A stretch of DNA of 64,000 bases from Promethearchaeota archaeon (GTDB taxonomy: Archaea > Asgardarchaeota > Lokiarchaeia > Sigyniarchaeales > SOKP01). This document shows positions 58,342 to 64,000 of this stretch, piece after piece. The notes under the pieces are model-generated. The model saw only the letters and a list, made by a program, of their open reading frames with translations, was not told the origin of the DNA and ran no database searches. The stretch lies in assembly GCA_008080735.1 (NCBI GenBank), contig SHMW01000011.1, forward strand, positions 1 through 64,000. The letters are read 5' to 3'. Made by a program: the position numbers and the translations under genes. Positions within the stretch are counted from its first letter, which is position 1; the number at the start of each line of letters is the position of its first letter.

Positions 58342-59205
58342 TTATTTCAACGCTTCAAAGCTATTTCCGATAACAATCAATATTAATGAAAGAAGTATTA
58401 ATAAGGGTGGGACGAATGATTGGACGTTTGGCCAATTAAGCGCTTCGAATAGGCCTCGAGCTATTCTTCCTATATAATAAATTAAAAAACCAATTCCATT
58501 CAATACATAGGATCTCCTGAGAACACCGAAGGTTTTCCAGCCCAAATAGAGAAATATAAACGGAATTATTGCGATGAATAGAGGTTGAAAAATAAAATTG
58601 AACATAAAACGACCTACGGGATACTCGAATCCAAAAAGATTAATAACCTCGTTAGGAACTCCATATTTAACAGAAACAGATTCTTCGATTAATAACGCAT
58701 CTGGTAAGGTAAGAGCTAAAATACTGATAATTATAGGAAATAGCATTAATAATGCTCTCAACAGATACTTTACATATCTCTTATTTGCATATATGAAATC
58801 CATTATCTTATTATCGGTCTTTTTTATCGGTTCTTTTTCAAATTGTGTGTCTGGGGGGAATAATAAAATCCCAAGCATTCCCATTAAACATGTTGTTGCC
58901 ATCCAAGTTGAGAATGTTGCCGCACGGTAGGTAAGCATCAAGAGACTAACAACTAAGATATCATCACCTAATTCCTCAATGTAAAAATCATGGATAATAA
59001 AAAAAACTCGCGATATCGCTAATGCAATAAATAATAATGAAAAGAAGAACCAATAGGGTTTTTTGGATAATCTGAATCTCATTATCAGGAAATACGAAAA
59101 GATCAAGAAATAATAACCCACAATAACCATATAGAGACCTAACTCTATCGAATTATAAAATGTAAAATTTTCTAACAGATCATCTTGAAATAGGGTAAGT
59201 ATCAT
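58342..59205 (-). CDS. Stand-alone ~7TM membrane protein
   Basis: 287 aa, about seven hydrophobic segments. Confidence 0.7.
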   Translation of the reverse strand: MILTLFQDDLLENFTFYNSIELGLYMVIVGYYFLIFSYFLIMRFRLSKKPYWFFFSLLFIALAISRVFFIIHDFYIEELGDDILVVSLLMLTYRAATFSTWMATTCLMGMLGILLFPPDTQFEKEPIKKTDNKIMDFIYANKRYVKYLLRALLMLFPIIISILALTLPDALLIEESVSVKYGVPNEVINLFGFEYPVGRFMFNFIFQPLFIAIIPFIFLYLGWKTFGVLRRSYVLNGIGFLIYYIGRIARGLFEALNWPNVQSFVPPLLILLSLILIVIGNSFEALK

Positions 59206-59448
59206 ACCAATTCAACCTTTCCTTTAACATTTAAACAAATTTTAATTATCTTATCTAATTAACATTATTTATATATTTTTATTTCATTTCCCTATTATTT
59301 AATTTTATTGTTTTTATCTGTGAAAAATAGGAACTTCTCCACTTTCTAAAAATTCTAAAAGTTTGCTATGTTCTAAATAATATAGTTCAGCTATTAATGT
59401 CTCTATGAAAGTTTTAACTAAAATTAGTATTTTAAAAAAGGATTTATA

Positions 59449-60951
59449 ATGAAGATTAAAGATAATATCGAAACTTTTAATAGTTTAATCAAACGTCGAG
59501 GATTTATTTGGGGCCCTTCTCCTGAGATTTATGGAGGATTAGCTGGGTTTTATTCTATGGGTCCCGCGGGGATGGCCGTTAAGAATAATGTCCTTTCGAT
59601 TTTCAGAAAAGAGCTAAGATCTTATGGATTTGAGGAGGTAGAATGCCCCACAATAATGCCAGAAGTTGTTTGGGAAGCGTCAGGTCATTTGGAACGTTTT
59701 ATTGACCCAGTTTTAAAATGTAAGAGATGCAGTTCTGTTTATAGAGCAGATAAATTTTTAAAAGATGAGTTACCTGACTTAATGATAGACGGGCTCTCAT
59801 TTGCGGAGATGGAAGCTTTATTAGAAAAAAATGAAATAAAATGTCCAGATTGTGAGACTAGGTTCGAAAAAATCGAAGAATATAATTTAATGCTCAAAAC
59901 AAAAGTTGGAGTTGATAATATTGCATATTTACGACCCGAAACTGCCACAACAACATATCTTCTTTTTAACCGATTAGATCAAGTAATGAGACGCCGATAT
60001 CCTATAAAAGTATTTCAATATGGGAAAGCCTATCGGAACGAAATCTCTCCCCGACAAGGGGTCTTGAGAATGAGGTCCTTTGATCAATTTGAACTTCAAC
60101 TATTCATCAGCAAAGAACAAGAATTTAATTTTGAAGAATTTGAAGAAGTTAAAGAGAATGAATTGCCTCTATTAGATTGGGAGCTTCAGGAACAAAATAT
60201 CGATAAACCAAATAATAGAAGTTTAGAAGATGCGATTGAAAAAGGAATGTTAAAAAAACCTGCGTACGCGTATTGCCTTTTTCTTGCCCATTATCTTACG
60301 AAAAAGTTAGGATACCCCGATGAGGTAATTAGATATAGACAACACAGTCCCAATGAGCGAGCGCATTATGCGGATGATGCATGGGACTTAGAAATTTACA
60401 CAGAACAATATGGGTGGGTGGAAATCTGTGGTATCCATGATAGGACAGATTATGATTTAAAACGTCACGGAGCGTTTTCAAATCAGAATTTTGAAGTGGC
60501 TATGGGTTCAGATCCAAAAGAAAAAGAGGTACCCCAAATTTTGGAGGTAGCATTTGGAGTTGACAGAATTATTTACACATTACTTGAAACCAATTTTACT
60601 GTTGAAGAAGAGAGAATTAATTTGAAGTTGAAGAATTATCTCGCTCCAAACGTGGTAGCAGTATTCCCTTTAGTAAAAAATAAAGAAAATATTCGTAATT
60701 TAGCATTAAAAATTCACAATGATCTCCAAGATCATCTAATAAGCTCTTTTTATGATGAATCTGGATCGATCGGTAAGCGTTACAGGAGACAAGACGAATT
60801 AGGAACACCCTACTGTATCACAATTGATTATGACTCTTTAGACGATAATGCGGCTACAATACGAGATAGAGATACAATGGATCAAACTCGCGTTAAGATT
60901 CCAAAAATACCTGAAGTAATCAGAGAGAAATTGCTCAAAAGTAAACTATAA
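59449..60951 (+). CDS. glyS: Glycyl-tRNA synthetase (archaeal/eukaryotic alpha2 type)
   Basis: RRGF, EIYGG, YLRPETA, RNEISPRQG..RMR.F, AHYA and GSIGKRYRRQDE.GTP motifs. Confidence 0.96.
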   Translation: MKIKDNIETFNSLIKRRGFIWGPSPEIYGGLAGFYSMGPAGMAVKNNVLSIFRKELRSYGFEEVECPTIMPEVVWEASGHLERFIDPVLKCKRCSSVYRADKFLKDELPDLMIDGLSFAEMEALLEKNEIKCPDCETRFEKIEEYNLMLKTKVGVDNIAYLRPETATTTYLLFNRLDQVMRRRYPIKVFQYGKAYRNEISPRQGVLRMRSFDQFELQLFISKEQEFNFEEFEEVKENELPLLDWELQEQNIDKPNNRSLEDAIEKGMLKKPAYAYCLFLAHYLTKKLGYPDEVIRYRQHSPNERAHYADDAWDLEIYTEQYGWVEICGIHDRTDYDLKRHGAFSNQNFEVAMGSDPKEKEVPQILEVAFGVDRIIYTLLETNFTVEEERINLKLKNYLAPNVVAVFPLVKNKENIRNLALKIHNDLQDHLISSFYDESGSIGKRYRRQDELGTPYCITIDYDSLDDNAATIRDRDTMDQTRVKIPKIPEVIREKLLKSKL

Positions 60952-61083
60952 TTTTTTTCAAAAAATATACTCTATATATTTTCCTATCCTCTGTGTCTAG
61001 CAGAAAAAATTTTAATAATGCGCATTTTTTAGAAACATAATATCTTTTATTAAATTCATATCAAAACTAAAGTATTTTTATCG

Positions 61084-63762
61084 ATGAGACTCAAAAACGG
61101 TCGATATCTGTCAAGAACTAATATACGACGAAGAAAATTGTATATATTATCAATTTTATTGAGTTCGATCATTATTTTTAACTTCATATTATCAAGTTTT
61201 ATCAATTCTTCCCCTCTCGATTCTTTTGATAAGGGAGCCCGGGACGAAAATACATATTTTGCTCCAAAAACGCAAGATGTCCCATCTGATGTATTCGATG
61301 ATCCCTATACGGAAAATTTTGATGATATTTGGAACTTTTTTGAGTTAAATTTCAAATCGGATTTTGCACCATGGATTATAGATACATACTATAGAGAAAG
61401 CGATAGTGATGGTGGTACAATAATAGATGATCTCGTCTATTCACTTGAAAATCTATTGCTTTACAATACTTTGAAAAAATACAATCAAAGTCTTAGTTCC
61501 AGTCAAATTTACGATGCTTATCTTGATTTAAAGTCAACTAATCTATGGTATGAAGGGGAAGGGCAATATGGTTATGGATTTATCGAATCAGTCGATACCG
61601 CAACAGGCACCAGAAATACCAAGAGGAATTTGATTGACAATCTTATGCCTATTATTCTTTTAGTTGATAATATGCCAAGTTCTCCATCAACGGAATATAA
61701 AAATCACATTATCCAGATGCTTGACTTAATTAATTCCACAGATTTTTGGAACACAACAAATGGATATTTCTTGGATTATAATTCATCTACGGGAGATATT
61801 TATGCGCAAAGCAATTTATATGCTGTCTTAGCGACCTTAAAAGTCTCTCAAAAAACCAATTTCGATCAAGATATACGAGACCAAGCTTTTCTTTTGGCGA
61901 ATGAGACGATGAATACTTTAAATGAATACTTTTGGGACACGAGCGATTATGGCTACTATAATAGTAGTGATCAGAGTCTGACTAGTTTTAACACTACAAA
62001 AGATTTAAAGACAAATGCCCTTGGTATTCTAGCCTTAATAGAAATGTGGGTAGTAACGGATAATTCTGAATTTTTAACAAATGCCACTCTCTTATTCGAG
62101 ACAATTTATACTAGTAATTTAAAGAATGGCAATCTCTATCGAACATCTGTAGATAGTTGGGGCGGTAGCTGGACTTCAATTGTTGATCTTGATTATAATG
62201 CATTTATGATGATGGCTCTTCTCAAATTGTTTGATATATCTGCTAATCTTTCCTATTACAATAATGCCACTGCAATATATGAAGAATTCCAGAGTGTTTT
62301 TTACGATTCTACTAATAAGGCGTATAATAAAACAGATAGTTCTTCAAACAAAAATCTGCTTTCCAACTTAAGACTCACCGAAGCCTACCTAAAAGCATAT
62401 GAGCTATATCAGAAGACATCACTTTCCAGCCTATTCAATAAGAGTGGCTCTCCTCCCGAATTCATATTTAACGAGGAAGATTTAGTTACGATTGCTAACT
62501 ATACTTTTACCTCAAATGGAAATACATGTAATATTCCGAGTGCGAGCATAGGGTATCAGTTTGTATATCCAAATGGAACTTGGTTCCATGAAGAGATTCG
62601 CACGACAAACGAAAATGGGACCGACATATTTAGTTTTTCGATAAATGAATCATTACCGATTGGACAGGATTATTTTGTGTATATCTGGGCGAATTCAACC
62701 TATTTTGCATATACAGACACCTCTATGGAATTTACGGTTTCTTCCGGCATTAATTATATTTCTGGATTGGAGGATTTAACCTATTTATTCCAAGGAGAGC
62801 GAAGAAATATAACCATCACGTTTAATAATACCCGAGAAGAGGATGTAAATCTCACATTTTCCGTCGAAACCGAGAACGGAATATCTTCTAATTCACCTAA
62901 ACTTAAATTCCTAAACTCCTCAGAATTGAACGACCTATGGATTAACTTTTCTATTATCAGTACAGCGGAATTAGGACCTACCAATTTTTATTTTCTGTTA
63001 CAAAATGGGAGTACCTTATTTCTAAATTATACGGTAGAAGTGGAAATTAGAAATTCGCTCTATCTCTCAAGAATTGCATATGATCAAAAGGTGGTTGAAG
63101 GAGATATCTTTTATATATCTATAAATTTGGAAAACTTTTTGGTAAATGAGACTCAATCATTTAATCTAAGTTTTGTAGGGGATTATATTGACAATTTTAA
63201 GAAAGAATACTCTCTCTCAAAAGGAGAATTTATTACTATTTTCAAAAATCTTAACCTCTCAGAGGTGATTAATGAAAATTCTATTACTGTACAAATGCTT
63301 ATTTCTAAATCTTCCATAACTTTTTATAATCAGTCATTTACTCTTCAAGTGCTTAATAAACTAGAAGTCATACAAGCTTCATTTCCTTCCAGTGTTGCTC
63401 AATCATCTTCAGCCCAGTTTGTATTCAAAATTAGAAATAACAAACGTACCACTGAAGCTTTTTCGCTTTATATTAATAACCAACTAATACAAACTGAGCT
63501 AAATGAGTTAGTTCCGGGTGAAAATAGAATTCAAACAGGAATTGTCCCAACTATTAACCCCTATGACTTTAGTATAAAATCATACCAAATAGTAATAAAA
63601 GACGCGGAAGGGAATGAGCAACTAAGCTTTTATTGTGAGATTCAAGTAGTTCTATCGATTATGAATCTCATTCTATTTTATGTAGTGCCGATCATTATTC
63701 CAATTGCGATAGTATTATACTTTAAAAATAAAGAGATGAAAACCAAACTATTAAGGAGATAA
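61084..63762 (+). CDS. Large membrane-anchored cell-surface protein (alpha/alpha-toroid-like domain plus Ig-like repeats)
   Basis: N-terminal signal/TM segment, repeated Y/D...N...AL helices, beta-rich C-terminal half, many N-x-S/T sequons and a C-terminal TM with basic tail. Confidence 0.75.
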   Translation: MRLKNGRYLSRTNIRRRKLYILSILLSSIIIFNFILSSFINSSPLDSFDKGARDENTYFAPKTQDVPSDVFDDPYTENFDDIWNFFELNFKSDFAPWIIDTYYRESDSDGGTIIDDLVYSLENLLLYNTLKKYNQSLSSSQIYDAYLDLKSTNLWYEGEGQYGYGFIESVDTATGTRNTKRNLIDNLMPIILLVDNMPSSPSTEYKNHIIQMLDLINSTDFWNTTNGYFLDYNSSTGDIYAQSNLYAVLATLKVSQKTNFDQDIRDQAFLLANETMNTLNEYFWDTSDYGYYNSSDQSLTSFNTTKDLKTNALGILALIEMWVVTDNSEFLTNATLLFETIYTSNLKNGNLYRTSVDSWGGSWTSIVDLDYNAFMMMALLKLFDISANLSYYNNATAIYEEFQSVFYDSTNKAYNKTDSSSNKNLLSNLRLTEAYLKAYELYQKTSLSSLFNKSGSPPEFIFNEEDLVTIANYTFTSNGNTCNIPSASIGYQFVYPNGTWFHEEIRTTNENGTDIFSFSINESLPIGQDYFVYIWANSTYFAYTDTSMEFTVSSGINYISGLEDLTYLFQGERRNITITFNNTREEDVNLTFSVETENGISSNSPKLKFLNSSELNDLWINFSIISTAELGPTNFYFLLQNGSTLFLNYTVEVEIRNSLYLSRIAYDQKVVEGDIFYISINLENFLVNETQSFNLSFVGDYIDNFKKEYSLSKGEFITIFKNLNLSEVINENSITVQMLISKSSITFYNQSFTLQVLNKLEVIQASFPSSVAQSSSAQFVFKIRNNKRTTEAFSLYINNQLIQTELNELVPGENRIQTGIVPTINPYDFSIKSYQIVIKDAEGNEQLSFYCEIQVVLSIMNLILFYVVPIIIPIAIVLYFKNKEMKTKLLRR

Positions 63763-63764
63763 AA

Positions 63765-64000
63765 ATGAAACTGAATAAGAAACATATAGCGTGCGCAATA
63801 ATTCTTTTTTCAATATTTACAGGATTTTTGTTATGCCAACCTAATACAATCGATAAATCATCATATCACTCTGAAAAAATTAAAATCTCTCAGAAGACCA
63901 CAATCAGTGCTGAAAATATTTATGTGAATGATACGGTTGTAACCGCACTTTTTGATCAGGTTTTTATTGAAATCAATACAACAGAATTATCATATGCCAA
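63765..64000 (+). CDS. Secreted/surface protein, N-terminal part; runs off the window edge
   Basis: ATG 63765 after a GGAG SD; MKLNKKHIACAIILFSIFTGFLLC signal-like segment; open to the end of the window. Confidence 0.7.
   Translation, partial: MKLNKKHIACAIILFSIFTGFLLCQPNTIDKSSYHSEKIKISQKTTISAENIYVNDTVVTALFDQVFIEINTTELSYA

Noticed and set aside
1-64000. tRNA, rRNA, CRISPR arrays, transposases or integrases
   Set aside because: None recognised by eye; tRNAscan-SE, Infernal and ISEScan runs would be needed to exclude small or degenerate elements.

Overview
AT-rich archaeal chromosomal segment, most likely from a Lokiarchaeon (Asgard archaea). This assignment is inferred from gene content: archaeal CdhB/CdhC, Alba, archaeal/eukaryotic-type GlyRS, stand-alone 7TM proteins, a longin-like fragment, TPR proteins and expanded lipid-catabolism families. 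About 45 kb is dominated by acyl-CoA/lipid metabolism: 4 acyl-CoA ligases, 3 crotonases, 5 SCP2-type thiolase-fold proteins with 5 DUF35 (Zn-ribbon/OB-fold) partners in 3 clusters, 2 SCP2 proteins, an acyl-CoA dehydrogenase, BKACE, AOR, an iron-containing ADH and GlpA/D. I saw no tRNA, rRNA, CRISPR array or transposase. Main discovery: the thiolase-fold gene at 34412..35605 (-) is interrupted by a 30-nt insert (35417..35446) that carries an in-frame UAA. The insert folds into a bulge-helix-bulge motif. Cutting at the standard tRNA splicing endonuclease positions removes exactly these 30 nt and restores a 387-aa protein. It is therefore a candidate EndA-type mRNA intron in an Asgard metabolic gene. 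Secondary observations include two genes that appear to need ATT/ATA start codons, a weaker second intron candidate, a CPxxxCxxC insert in two acyl-CoA ligases, an orphan methyltransferase-specificity fusion and two gene remnants.
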